From NCBI GenBank assembly GCA_015709655.1, contig CP054181.1:173262-237261 (forward strand): DNA of 64,000 nt. The letters run 5' to 3'. The DNA comes from Ignavibacteria bacterium (GTDB lineage: Bacteria; Bacteroidota; Ignavibacteria; Kapaibacteriales; Kapaibacteriaceae). Shown piece by piece: positions 8,968 to 18,409 of this stretch. The position numbers and the translations under genes were made by a program. Under the pieces are notes generated by a model, which made no database searches, was not told the origin of the DNA, and worked only from the letters and a program-made list of their open reading frames with translations. Positions within the stretch are counted from its first letter, which is position 1. Each line of letters begins with the position of its first letter.

Positions 8968-9587
8968 GCACCTGCCGGCCGTAGCATTTCCTGGTACAGG
9001 CGGTGTGCAGCGATGAACTCACGCACCCGATCTGGAACCAAATACCGGATGCTCTGGTGCTGAGCAATCATCGTCCGGATTTCTGTGCTACTGACAGACA
9101 TGAGTGGTGCCGATATCCAGATCGGTGCCCGGTTCTGTACTGTAAGCTGCGCAGTTAGCATCTGCTCGTTGACGGTTGACTCTGCAAGGGGGCGGCGCAC
9201 AATACAAAGCTGGGAGCGCAGGCATATCTCCGTCCAGTCCTTCCATTGAGTAAACATCACAGCATGGTCAGTACCCGTGAGCAAAAACAAATCTGCATCC
9301 GAATGCATGCGCTGCAGTTCGGTTATCGTATCTATGGTGTACGAAACTCCGGCACGTTGAATTTCATACTCAAGGAGCACAAATTTGGGGTTGTCAGAAA
9401 TAGCAATATTTACCATTTCTGAACGGTGTTCAGGTGACACCACAGAAACTGCGTCTTTAAAGGGGCTTTGGTAGGCAGGAACAAAGTAGCAGATATCCAG
9501 CTTCATCTGGCTGGTAAAACATTCAGCTGTTACCAGATGAGCAACATGGATCGGATTAAAGGTTCCACCTACAATACCAATTCGCAT
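8964..9587 (-). CDS. nadD: nicotinate-nucleotide adenylyltransferase
   Basis: 207 aa with GGTFNPIHVAHL and VSSTEIR motifs. Its start codon shares one base with the nuoF stop (TAATG). Confidence 0.9.
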   Translation of the reverse strand: MRIGIVGGTFNPIHVAHLVTAECFTSQMKLDICYFVPAYQSPFKDAVSVVSPEHRSEMVNIAISDNPKFVLLEYEIQRAGVSYTIDTITELQRMHSDADLFLLTGTDHAVMFTQWKDWTEICLRSQLCIVRRPLAESTVNEQMLTAQLTVQNRAPIWISAPLMSVSSTEIRTMIAQHQSIRYLVPDRVREFIAAHRLYQEMLRPAGA

Positions 9588-10951
9588 TATCGGGTTGCAA
9601 TTACGGGCACCGTTCTGCGCCCGTGCGCAATATTTGGCGCCACAAAGGTTCGTGTTGGTTTGCAGCGTGCCTCAAAGTCGGCACGGAATTTTTCAATAAA
9701 GCCCTTAATCGGCCAGGCTGCAGCATCACCGAATGCGCAGATCGTATTGCCTTCGATGTTTGATGCTACATTGTACAAAAGGTCGATATCCGCCAGTGTG
9801 GCATCGTGATGCTCAAAACGATGCATCATTTTCTCCATCCAGCCGGTACCTTCTCTGCACGGCGTACACTGTCCGCAGCTTTCATGATGGTAGAACCGTG
9901 CAATACGCAATGCCACAGACACAACGTCAGTATCCTCATCCATCACCATGATGCCAGCGGTACCGATATGAGTCCCCAAGACTTTTAAACTTTCCTCATC
10001 CATGCGCACACCATCAATCTCGTCGCCACGTAATGGTGGCATTGACGATCCGCCCGGAATGATTGCCTTAATCTTCTTGTCACCCGGGACGCCGCCACAG
10101 ACCTTGTAAATAATATCGGTAAGCAGCATACCGGTTTCCAGTTCATACACACCCGGTTTGTTCACGTGACCACTTACGCCGTAGAGTAACGTCCCCACAT
10201 GACCTCGTGCACCGATCTTGGAATACTCTCCGCCGCCCAGCATCATGATGGGCGGGACCGTTGCCAACGTTTCAACGTTATTGATCGTTGTTGGCATACC
10301 CCACAGCCCCTTGTTGGCGGGGAACGGTGGTTTAAACCGCGGATATCCGCGGTCGCCTTCCAGCGAATTCATAAGTGCGGTTTCTTCACCGCAGATGTAA
10401 GCACCGGCTCCTTTGTGCACCACCAGGTCCAGTGTGTATGGATGGTTAAATGTTTGCTGCATCCTGTCACCCAGGTAGCCCTTACTGTAGGCTTCATCCA
10501 CAGCATCCTGCATTAGCGCAACCCATTTGTGGTATTCGCCGCGAATGTACAGGAAGGCCTTACTGATGCCCATGGCATACCCTGCTATCAGTATCCCCTC
10601 GATCAACTGATGAGGATTGTATTCAAAAATCTGTCTGTCCTTGAACGAACCGGGTTCAGACTCATCACCATTGATGGCAAGGTATTTTGGTTTATCGTTG
10701 CCCTTTGGCATGAACGACCACTTTAATCCCGTTGGGAAGCATGCACCACCGCGACCGCGTAAACCCGAGGCTTTCACTTCGTTGATCACTTCATCGGTTG
10801 TCATCCGAAGCGCTTTGCGATATGCCTCGTAGCCGCCATTGGCTACATACACATCAAGTTTATGAAGGTTAGGAATTTGTGGTAATACAAGGTGTGGCAA
10901 CGTATACATCATGCTGCGAAAATAGTCAAACAAATGCAGACGCAAACTCAT
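9587..10951 (-). CDS. nuoF: NADH-quinone oxidoreductase subunit F (NuoF/Nqo1-type flavoprotein)
   Basis: 454 aa. The NADH/FMN loop is GLRGRGGACFPTGLKWSF. The N3 4Fe-4S ligands are ESCGQCTPCREG plus a distal Cys in NTICAFG. No other nuo gene is adjacent. Confidence 0.9.
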   Translation of the reverse strand: MSLRLHLFDYFRSMMYTLPHLVLPQIPNLHKLDVYVANGGYEAYRKALRMTTDEVINEVKASGLRGRGGACFPTGLKWSFMPKGNDKPKYLAINGDESEPGSFKDRQIFEYNPHQLIEGILIAGYAMGISKAFLYIRGEYHKWVALMQDAVDEAYSKGYLGDRMQQTFNHPYTLDLVVHKGAGAYICGEETALMNSLEGDRGYPRFKPPFPANKGLWGMPTTINNVETLATVPPIMMLGGGEYSKIGARGHVGTLLYGVSGHVNKPGVYELETGMLLTDIIYKVCGGVPGDKKIKAIIPGGSSMPPLRGDEIDGVRMDEESLKVLGTHIGTAGIMVMDEDTDVVSVALRIARFYHHESCGQCTPCREGTGWMEKMMHRFEHHDATLADIDLLYNVASNIEGNTICAFGDAAAWPIKGFIEKFRADFEARCKPTRTFVAPNIAHGRRTVPVIATR

Positions 10952-11068
10952 GATCTATGCAACGGACGTAGTCACTGGGTTGGCGGCTCTCATCAGTAAC
11001 ACAACAAAGCTCAGCACCGAAGGCAAAGCCCCCTACCATCCATAAAATAGCGGTTTGGGGTGTTCAGT

Positions 11069-12280
11069 TTAGTGGCCTATGTTTTCAACTACAACGGCAA
11101 GTCCCTGTCCAACACCAATGCAAAGGGTGGCTGCGCCATACCGAATACCCCGCTTTTTCATTGTTCTAACAAGCGTACCAAGAATCCGGGCGCCGCTCAT
11201 CCCCAGAGGATGGCCGATTGAAATTGCACCACCATGCACGTTGGTAATGTCGGGATCAAGCTTTAGTTCTAACATACATGCCAGTGCCTGAGCTGCAAAT
11301 GCTTCGTTAAGTTCAACAAGCCCGAGCTCCGAAACATCGATGCCGGCACGTGCACAGGCTTTGCGCAGGGCACCAACCGGACCAATACCCATGATGCGTG
11401 GATCTACGCCTACAACCCCGCTGCCGATTATCCTGGCAAAGGCTAGCTGGGCAATGTGCGGATGGGTTTCAACATAGGCATCGCTGACAATAAGCATGGC
11501 AGCCGCGCCATCGTTCAGCGAAGAGCTATTACCAGCCGTTACCGTTCCACCTTTCCGAAAGGCACTGTTTAGTGATGATAACTTTTCAATCGTCGTATCA
11601 GCCCTTGGTCCTTCATCGGTATCAACAGTGGTCACCGCACCTTTTTTCCCGCGAATAACAACTGGTACAATCTCGTCGGTAAAAACACCTGCCTGCTGAG
11701 CCGCAACAGCTTTCCTGTGGCTTGCCAGGGCAAACTCGTCCTGTGCCGAACGCGCAATCTCCCATCGTTCAGCAATATTCTCGGCCGTCTCACCCATTGC
11801 TTCCAATGGAAACATTGCTTCCATTGCCGGATTCGGATATCGCCATCCCAATGCGGTATCGTACGCTGTAAGATTTCCAAACAAGGCACCACCCGAAACA
11901 TTCTTGGGAAGGGTGTAAGGGGCTCTGGACATGCTTTCTACACCACCGGCAATTATAACCTGTGCATCACCGGTATCTACAGACCGTGCAGCCTGAATAA
12001 CTGCTTCGAGTGATGATGCACACAGACGATTTACGGTAACACCTGGAACGGTGTATGGCAACCCTGCAAGCAGTGCTGCCATACGGGCAATGTTACGGTT
12101 GTCTTCACCAGCCTGATTGGCACAGCCAAACACAACATCGTCAACCTCGTCACCCGGGACACCGGTGCGCTCGATAAGAGCTCGAATTACATGGGCTGCC
12201 ATGTCATCCGGCCGAACTGATTTCAGCACTCCTCCGTACTTCCCTACCGGTGTTCTGATCGGTTCAATAATGTATGCCAT
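11069..12280 (-). CDS. acetyl-CoA C-acetyltransferase / 3-ketoacyl-CoA thiolase
   Basis: 403 aa with the active-site Cys in [10 protein letters not shown], plus [10 protein letters not shown] and CIGVGQG near the C-terminus. Confidence 0.9.
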   Translation of the reverse strand: MAYIIEPIRTPVGKYGGVLKSVRPDDMAAHVIRALIERTGVPGDEVDDVVFGCANQAGEDNRNIARMAALLAGLPYTVPGVTVNRLCASSLEAVIQAARSVDTGDAQVIIAGGVESMSRAPYTLPKNVSGGALFGNLTAYDTALGWRYPNPAMEAMFPLEAMGETAENIAERWEIARSAQDEFALASHRKAVAAQQAGVFTDEIVPVVIRGKKGAVTTVDTDEGPRADTTIEKLSSLNSAFRKGGTVTAGNSSSLNDGAAAMLIVSDAYVETHPHIAQLAFARIIGSGVVGVDPRIMGIGPVGALRKACARAGIDVSELGLVELNEAFAAQALACMLELKLDPDITNVHGGAISIGHPLGMSGARILGTLVRTMKKRGIRYGAATLCIGVGQGLAVVVENIGH

Positions 12281-12352
12281 GGTGCAACCCCTGATTGATA
12301 TGTTGATTTACTTAATCAGTCTTTGAAATCTGGTCTTTGTGAATGTCGGACG

Positions 12353-15028
12353 CTACAGCGAAGCCAGATTTCGTTCAACTTTCTCTTTTGCTGCCGACCA
12401 GTCGGCATGTTTTTTCTTCTCGGCAGCCACTACCTCGGGGCTGGCCCCTTTTATGAAGCCTTCATTCATGAGCTTCTTCTCTACGCCGGCAATTGCATTG
12501 GTAAGTCGCGTGAGTTCCTTCCTGAGCTTGTCTATTTCCTTTTCGGTATCTATAGCACCTTCAACGATCAAGTAACATTCAACGCCGCGCACAATTTCAG
12601 ACACGCTTGCCGGTGGTTTTGCAATGTCAGTACCAATGGTAACCTGGCTTGCCCGGACAAGGTTCGAAACAACGGTTTGATGATCAGTCAGGAATGCCGC
12701 CACGCCAGGTTCAGCACCAAGAACAACAGGGAGTCTGGTGGAGGGCGGGATGCTTAGCTCATTTCGCTGACGACGTACCGTTTCAACAACGGATTGTAGT
12801 GTGGTAAAACTATCTTCAAGGGCATGGTCAACCTGATTGGCGTCAAACGCCGGGAAACCGGCCTGCAGAATAAACGTCTCACCGGGCTTATCGGTAAACA
12901 GCGACTGCCATAGGTCCTCCGTTAAAAACGGCATCACGGGGTGAAGTAGCTTTAAGGTTCCTTCCATAACAGAAAACGCCGTCTGTAACGCTGCCGCCTT
13001 ATCATCGTTATTGTGTGCCTGGGCACACCTGATCTTTACGATTTCAACGTACCAGTCGCAGTAATCACGCCAGATAAATTCATATAATATCTTAGAATAC
13101 TCAGTAATCCTGTACTGCTCTAATGCCTTTGAGGCATCATACAACGTTGAGTGGTAGCGGGACAATATCCATCTGTCGGCTGCTGTTACGCTTGTTTCTA
13201 CACTCTTGCTGATGTTGACGCCCACCTCCTCTTTTTTTAGCAGGAGAAACCTGCAGGCATTCCAAACCTTGTTGGCAAAATTCCGTCCAATTTCCATCGA
13301 CGGGATATCCTGCGTCTTCTCGTCAATTTCCAGTCGTACGTCGGTACCGAGTGGTGCCAGATAAATCATTGTAAAACGAACGGCATCCGACCCGTACTTA
13401 TCAAGGATGGCAATCGGATCGGGACTATTGCCCCGACTCTTGCTGAGCTTACGTCCTTTGCTGTCTCTAATGATTGACGTAAAGTAAACATCTTTAAAAG
13501 GAATGGTATTGCCGAATTTCAATGTTGCCATAATCATTCGTGCAACCCAGAAGAAGATAATGTCGGGGCCGGTCACCAGTAAATTCGTGGGCAGGTAATA
13601 CTGCATTCCAACCGTTGGCTGTTCACCAACCTGCCAGCGTTGGGTAGTTAACGGCCAAAGCCAGCTTGAAAACCATGTATCCAAAACATCCGGATCCTGG
13701 ATAAGCGGTTCGGATGCAGGTAGTCCCAACTTACTCCGAGCTTCGTCTTCGTTGCGTGCAGCGGTGTAGCGCCCGTCAGTAGCATAGTACACCGGTATCC
13801 GGTGTCCCCACCACAACTGTCGGGAGATGCACCAGTCTCGAATGTTCATCATCCAGTGTTCGTAGGTTTTGGTCCAGTGCTCGGGATAAAACCTGATTTC
13901 ACGGTTCTGAACTGCCTTCAGGGCTGGCTTGGCCAGGGGAGCCATTTTTACAAACCACTGGTCACTCAGATACGGTTCAACGGGTTCACCACCACGTTCC
14001 GAGTATCCGATGTTATGTGTGTAAGGTTCTGTTTTTTCAAGAAGTTGTCTGGCTTCTAAGTCACGGACTACCACCCGCCTGGCTTTAAACCGCTCCAGTC
14101 CGGCATAGTCGCCGGCAAGCTGGTTCAGGGTGGCATCGGCATCGATACACTGAGGCATGTCCAGACCGTGTCTGATACCAATCTCGTAGTCATTCGGATC
14201 ATGTGCAGGTGTCACCTTTAAACAGCCGGTACCAAAGCTCATGTCTACATAGTCATCAAGAATAATAGGAATTCGTTTCCCGCTGAGCGGGACAATTACC
14301 TCTTGTCCGGCAAGTGCATTATAGCGTTCATCGTCGGGGTGAACAGCAACGGCAACGTCGGCAAAAATGGTTTCAGGCCGTACCGTGGCAACGATCAGAG
14401 TACCCGAGCCGTCGGCAAGGTGATAGCGGAGCGAGTATATCTGCTCTCGTACTTCTTTATGGACAACCTCTTCGTCACTTAATGCGCTCATAGCCAGAGG
14501 TGACCAGTTGATGATCCGTTTTCCGCGATAGATCAGTCCTTCGTCGAACAACGCAATAAACACATCACGAACGGCATTGCTCGCCGTCTCGTCCATCGTA
14601 AACAAAGTTGTATTCCAGTCGCAGCTGTTCCCCAGCATCTTCAGCTGTTCAAGAATGATATTGCCGTACTTATTTTTCCAGTCCCAGACCCGCTCAACAA
14701 ATACATCGCGTCCAAGTTCATGTCTGTTGGTTCCCTGCTCGCGAAGCTGTTGTTCTACCTTTGTCTGAGTGGCAATACCTGCATGGTCCAGACCCGGGAA
14801 CCAGCAGGTTTCATCGCCAAGCATACTATGCCACCGGATGTACAGATCCTGTATTGTATGATTAAGAACATGACCAAAATGGAGGATGCCGGTAACGTTG
14901 GGTGGAGGCATTAAAATGCTGTACGGGGCTTTGGCAGACGGCTCAGAAGCGAACACACCGGCTGATTGCCAGGCCTCGTACCATGTGGTGCGGGATCGTG
15001 TAGGGTCAAATTGCGGGGGTAGTATCAT
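12353..15028 (-). CDS. valS: valine--tRNA ligase
   Basis: 891 aa. HIGH region is PPPNVTGILHFGHVLN and the KMSKS region is KLSKSRGN. It has the C-terminal coiled coil typical of ValRS. Confidence 0.95.
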   Translation of the reverse strand: MILPPQFDPTRSRTTWYEAWQSAGVFASEPSAKAPYSILMPPPNVTGILHFGHVLNHTIQDLYIRWHSMLGDETCWFPGLDHAGIATQTKVEQQLREQGTNRHELGRDVFVERVWDWKNKYGNIILEQLKMLGNSCDWNTTLFTMDETASNAVRDVFIALFDEGLIYRGKRIINWSPLAMSALSDEEVVHKEVREQIYSLRYHLADGSGTLIVATVRPETIFADVAVAVHPDDERYNALAGQEVIVPLSGKRIPIILDDYVDMSFGTGCLKVTPAHDPNDYEIGIRHGLDMPQCIDADATLNQLAGDYAGLERFKARRVVVRDLEARQLLEKTEPYTHNIGYSERGGEPVEPYLSDQWFVKMAPLAKPALKAVQNREIRFYPEHWTKTYEHWMMNIRDWCISRQLWWGHRIPVYYATDGRYTAARNEDEARSKLGLPASEPLIQDPDVLDTWFSSWLWPLTTQRWQVGEQPTVGMQYYLPTNLLVTGPDIIFFWVARMIMATLKFGNTIPFKDVYFTSIIRDSKGRKLSKSRGNSPDPIAILDKYGSDAVRFTMIYLAPLGTDVRLEIDEKTQDIPSMEIGRNFANKVWNACRFLLLKKEEVGVNISKSVETSVTAADRWILSRYHSTLYDASKALEQYRITEYSKILYEFIWRDYCDWYVEIVKIRCAQAHNNDDKAAALQTAFSVMEGTLKLLHPVMPFLTEDLWQSLFTDKPGETFILQAGFPAFDANQVDHALEDSFTTLQSVVETVRRQRNELSIPPSTRLPVVLGAEPGVAAFLTDHQTVVSNLVRASQVTIGTDIAKPPASVSEIVRGVECYLIVEGAIDTEKEIDKLRKELTRLTNAIAGVEKKLMNEGFIKGASPEVVAAEKKKHADWSAAKEKVERNLASL

Positions 15029-15107
15029 AACTCTTCGAAAATACGGTGTAGCCGAAAAACACCCCTTTGCATGGTTAGTACCGGTGATATTAATAAAAAT
15101 TGACTCG

Positions 15108-15115
15108 TATATTTG
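15108..15115 (+). promoter_or_regulatory. putative -7 promoter element (TATATTTG) for the lipoprotein/LysM operon
   Basis: GACTCGTATATTTGTTAG lies 104 nt upstream of the ATG at 15219 and is nearly identical to the motif upstream of the tRNA operon. Confidence 0.3.
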
Positions 15116-15218
15116 TTAGTTCTGTGGGAACCTTTACGCAACAAACTCGTACATGCATTCGAATTTGAGTCGTATCTCATAGTGAAGAATCGCAAATTTC
15201 CATCACCCGGAGGTCGTT

Positions 15219-15575
15219 ATGAAACATAGGCTGACGAGCTTACCTTGGTTAACATCCGCTTTTGTGGGTGCAGCCCTGGTGCTTACGTCGTGTACCTGTA
15301 AAATCAAGGATGAGCAGCAGGCAATGATCAATCAGTTACGCACTGATGAAAAACAGCTTACTGCTGATATTGCCAAAGCCGAAACCGACAAAACAAAGAT
15401 CAATGCCGAACTGAGCAGCAGACAGGCAGATCTCAGGAAGTGCAACGAGCGCTTGAACTTTGTAAAGGACAAGATGGCACGGTGGCCACATGTATGGACG
15501 GGCTGGGATCCCAACAGTCCAATTGAAGAGATCCCCGCACCCGCGCAACCAACCACTAAAACCAAGAAGCGATAA
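15219..15575 (+). CDS. small coiled-coil lipoprotein (hypothetical)
   Basis: 118 aa. SD is GGAGG. Signal peptide with lipobox VLTS/C. It has a coiled coil of about 55 residues containing ADLRKCNERL, then a Trp-rich segment and a basic tail. Confidence 0.65.
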   Translation: MKHRLTSLPWLTSAFVGAALVLTSCTCKIKDEQQAMINQLRTDEKQLTADIAKAETDKTKINAELSSRQADLRKCNERLNFVKDKMARWPHVWTGWDPNSPIEEIPAPAQPTTKTKKR

Positions 15576-15586
15576 GGAGAATATCA

Positions 15587-16420
15587 ATGAAAAATCTACT
15601 GCTCTTAGCCTTGTTTAGTGGAAGCATCATGGTAGCCACTGCGGCAGAAGAAAAAGTTCCGCCGCCCCCCGAATCCAAGCCTGACATTGAGCTTACCTGC
15701 GATGAAGCCGATGCCCGCATCGCCAAATACCGTGATGCCAACAACGAGCTGAAGGCCAAGCTTGATGGAATTCGTGCAGATATCTTAAAAGCCGAAGGCG
15801 ATCTTACGACTGCGGTTTCAGATATTAAAAAGTGCAACGACGATATTTATGCTCAGGTGAGCGCCTCCGAGGCCGAGGTCAATGCATTCCGTGAAGCCCT
15901 TGGGCGCATCGAAGGCCGGGTACGCGAAATGCAGCGTCTTACCAACGACCAGCTCGCCGACCGGCGTGCGGATGTCATCCAGCTTGATAAAGATTTTCGG
16001 CAGCTGGTAGGTCAGCGCCTTGCAGCTCTCCCCGAATTCTACGATCGGATCAACGCATTAGGACGTGATATTAAGGGATTGTATCGTGAACACAGCCGTC
16101 CTCCGGGATACACCGTTGGTACGTGGGCTGAAAACAAAGACTGTTTGTGGAACATTTCCGGCAGGTCCGAGATTTATGCCGATCCACACCAGTGGCCAAA
16201 AATCTGGTTAGCAAATACCGATAAGATTAAAAATCCAGATGTGATTCAGCCAGGCTGGGTGCTTAATATCCCTCCCAAAGGACCAAAATCAGACGAAGAA
16301 ATGAAGGCCGAACGTCGCTACTGGCGTAAGAAGAAAGCCGAAATTCAGGCTGCACAGGCTGCTGCAACTGAAACACCGCAATCAACGGCTGCACCTGCTA
16401 CCAGCGAAACCGGAAAATAA
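15587..16420 (+). CDS. secreted coiled-coil protein with C-terminal LysM peptidoglycan-binding domain
   Basis: 277 aa. SD is AAGGAG. Signal peptide ends ...VATA/AEE. It has a long coiled coil containing SDIKKCNDDI. The LysM-like block is YTVGTW..DCLWNISGR...IKNPDVIQPGWVLNIP. Confidence 0.75.
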   Translation: MKNLLLLALFSGSIMVATAAEEKVPPPPESKPDIELTCDEADARIAKYRDANNELKAKLDGIRADILKAEGDLTTAVSDIKKCNDDIYAQVSASEAEVNAFREALGRIEGRVREMQRLTNDQLADRRADVIQLDKDFRQLVGQRLAALPEFYDRINALGRDIKGLYREHSRPPGYTVGTWAENKDCLWNISGRSEIYADPHQWPKIWLANTDKIKNPDVIQPGWVLNIPPKGPKSDEEMKAERRYWRKKKAEIQAAQAAATETPQSTAAPATSETGK

Positions 16421-16468
16421 ATCCGGTTCACCTCCGGTACGCATTCAGCTATACCGCCGACAAAAATC

Positions 16469-16502
16469 ACCGCTTCACTTCACTGTGAAGCGGTTTTTTT
16501 TT
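16469..16502 (+). terminator. rho-independent terminator
   Basis: Stem ACCGCTTCAC / GTGAAGCGGT (10 bp) followed by T9, about 50 nt after the LysM gene stop. Confidence 0.8.
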
Positions 16503-16595
16503 ATTGCCAACACGAAATCTTTCCACCGGTACATACCAGATACCTATGATTTCAGTACTACCTCGTAGATTCGTTGGTTAACCATACTGGCACTA

Positions 16596-17639
16596 TTGTT
16601 AGGCTACATGCAAACCGTCGAGAAAAAACTACGCATCACCGATGTAGAACCGGTGGAACTGTTTGGTCCGAACGAAAATCACCTGCAGCTCATCGAAAAT
16701 GCTTTCGATACAACACTTACTGTTCGCGGTGATACCGTAATCCTCCGTGGTGAACCCCATGAAATCAAGAAAATTGAGCAAATTATCCAGGAGCTGACAA
16801 GAACGCTCCAGCGTGTAGGACGTCTGACGATGACTGACGTGTCGGTAATCATCGATCTGGTAAGCGGTAACCGCAACAGTCACACCCCACCCGTTGCTTC
16901 TGAAGAACTCGACTCACTGATATATTGGGGCAAGAAGGAAGTTATCCGAGCACGGACCCAAAACCAGCTGGAATACTATCGGAGAGTACAAAAGAACGAC
17001 CTGGTATTCTGCATCGGTCCTGCCGGTACAGGAAAAACATTTCTGGCTGTTGCCATGGCACTAAGCGCCTTGCGCGCCAATGAAGTCAGCCGAATTATCC
17101 TGTCACGTCCTGCCGTTGAAGCAGGCGAAAGCCTTGGTTTTTTGCCTGGTGACCTAAGTGAGAAAATCGACCCGTATCTGCGACCACTCCTGGATGCTCT
17201 TGCCGACATGGTGAGCCCCGATAAACTCAAGGGTATGCTGGAACGCCGTATTGTGGAGATTATTCCACTGGCATATATGCGTGGCCGAACGCTGAACAAC
17301 AGCTTTATCATTCTGGATGAAGCCCAGAACGCTACCCGCAGTCAGATGAAAATGTTCCTCACCCGTCTTGGCCAGAACAGCAAGGCAATCGTGACTGGTG
17401 ATGTTACACAAATTGATCTTGTTAAGAAAACCGACTCGGGTCTGAGCGACGTGTTCCAGCTGTTTTCAGGAATCAATGGCATTGACTTCGTGGAATTTGG
17501 TCGCGAAGATGTTGTCCGCCACCGGCTTGTGGCTGAAATTATCAATGCCTATGAACAGCGCGACAGCCGTCATCAGGGGGTAAATACAGAATTTAAAGGT
17601 GAAGCTACATCAGCCACACGGGAGCAAGACGCACCATGA
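16596..17639 (+). CDS. phoH: PhoH-family ATPase (YbeZ-like)
   Basis: 347 aa. Walker A is GPAGTGKTFLAV and Walker B is FIILDEAQN. Start is the TTG at 16596 or the ATG at 16608. Confidence 0.9.
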   Translation: MLGYMQTVEKKLRITDVEPVELFGPNENHLQLIENAFDTTLTVRGDTVILRGEPHEIKKIEQIIQELTRTLQRVGRLTMTDVSVIIDLVSGNRNSHTPPVASEELDSLIYWGKKEVIRARTQNQLEYYRRVQKNDLVFCIGPAGTGKTFLAVAMALSALRANEVSRIILSRPAVEAGESLGFLPGDLSEKIDPYLRPLLDALADMVSPDKLKGMLERRIVEIIPLAYMRGRTLNNSFIILDEAQNATRSQMKMFLTRLGQNSKAIVTGDVTQIDLVKKTDSGLSDVFQLFSGINGIDFVEFGREDVVRHRLVAEIINAYEQRDSRHQGVNTEFKGEATSATREQDAP

Positions 17640-18409
17640 TTGAGCTATTTGGATTCCTTCCGATAACTCTGATGGACATCGCTGATATCCTGATCATCAG
17701 CATTCTTTTCTTTATTGTTTATCGCTCTCTTCGCGATACAGCGGCAATTCAAATCATCGTAGTGCTGGCCGTGCTGGCTGTACTGGGAATCATCACAGAA
17801 GCAGCAAATCTGCGGACGGTGAACTGGGTTCTTCGGCGGATTGCTGATATCGGGCTGATCGCGTTCGTGGTTCTCTTTCAGCCCGAATTGCGACGGCTAC
17901 TTTTGCTGGTAACCCAAACCCGGTTGTTCCGTTTGTTTGTTCGTAGTAGCAATGCTAATATTATTGACGATGTGTGTAATGCCGCAAAGGAAATGAGTGC
18001 CAAGCATATTGGCGCTTTATTGGTGTTTGCCCGTGCCGACCATATTCGGGTGATTGTTGAAACCGGAGTAGAACTCCAGGCAGCTCTCAGCCCGGAACTC
18101 CTGCTGTCAGTTTTTAACCCCCGCAGCCCATTGCACGACGGAGCAGTGGTGATTGACGGTCAGACTGTGGTGGCAGCACGTTGCGTACTGCCGTTGAGTG
18201 CCGAACAGAAAGCAGCCTCAAGAACACTTGGAACACGCCACCGCGCTGCGGTAGGCGTAACCGAACAAGCCGATGCCGTATGCCTTGTGGTGAGCGAAGA
18301 ATCTGGTGCCGTCAGCATTGCCTACCAGGGTGAGCTTGAACACAATATTTTACTTGATGAACTACCTTCCAAATTGTCTGAACGTATTAGCCTGCTTGCA
18401 AGTACATGA
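17636..18409 (+). CDS. cdaA: diadenylate cyclase CdaA (c-di-AMP synthase)
   Basis: 257 aa with three N-terminal TM helices. DAC domain motifs are HDGAVVI, LGTRHRAA and VVSEESG. ATGA overlap with phoH. Confidence 0.9.
   Translation: MIELFGFLPITLMDIADILIISILFFIVYRSLRDTAAIQIIVVLAVLAVLGIITEAANLRTVNWVLRRIADIGLIAFVVLFQPELRRLLLLVTQTRLFRLFVRSSNANIIDDVCNAAKEMSAKHIGALLVFARADHIRVIVETGVELQAALSPELLLSVFNPRSPLHDGAVVIDGQTVVAARCVLPLSAEQKAASRTLGTRHRAAVGVTEQADAVCLVVSEESGAVSIAYQGELEHNILLDELPSKLSERISLLAST

Noticed and set aside
11015-11026. CACCGAAGGCAA, which resembles the conserved core of glycine riboswitch aptamers
   Set aside because: It is a single short match with no GGAGAG partner motif. It is on the + strand, while both flanking genes (nuoF, thiolase) are on the minus strand.
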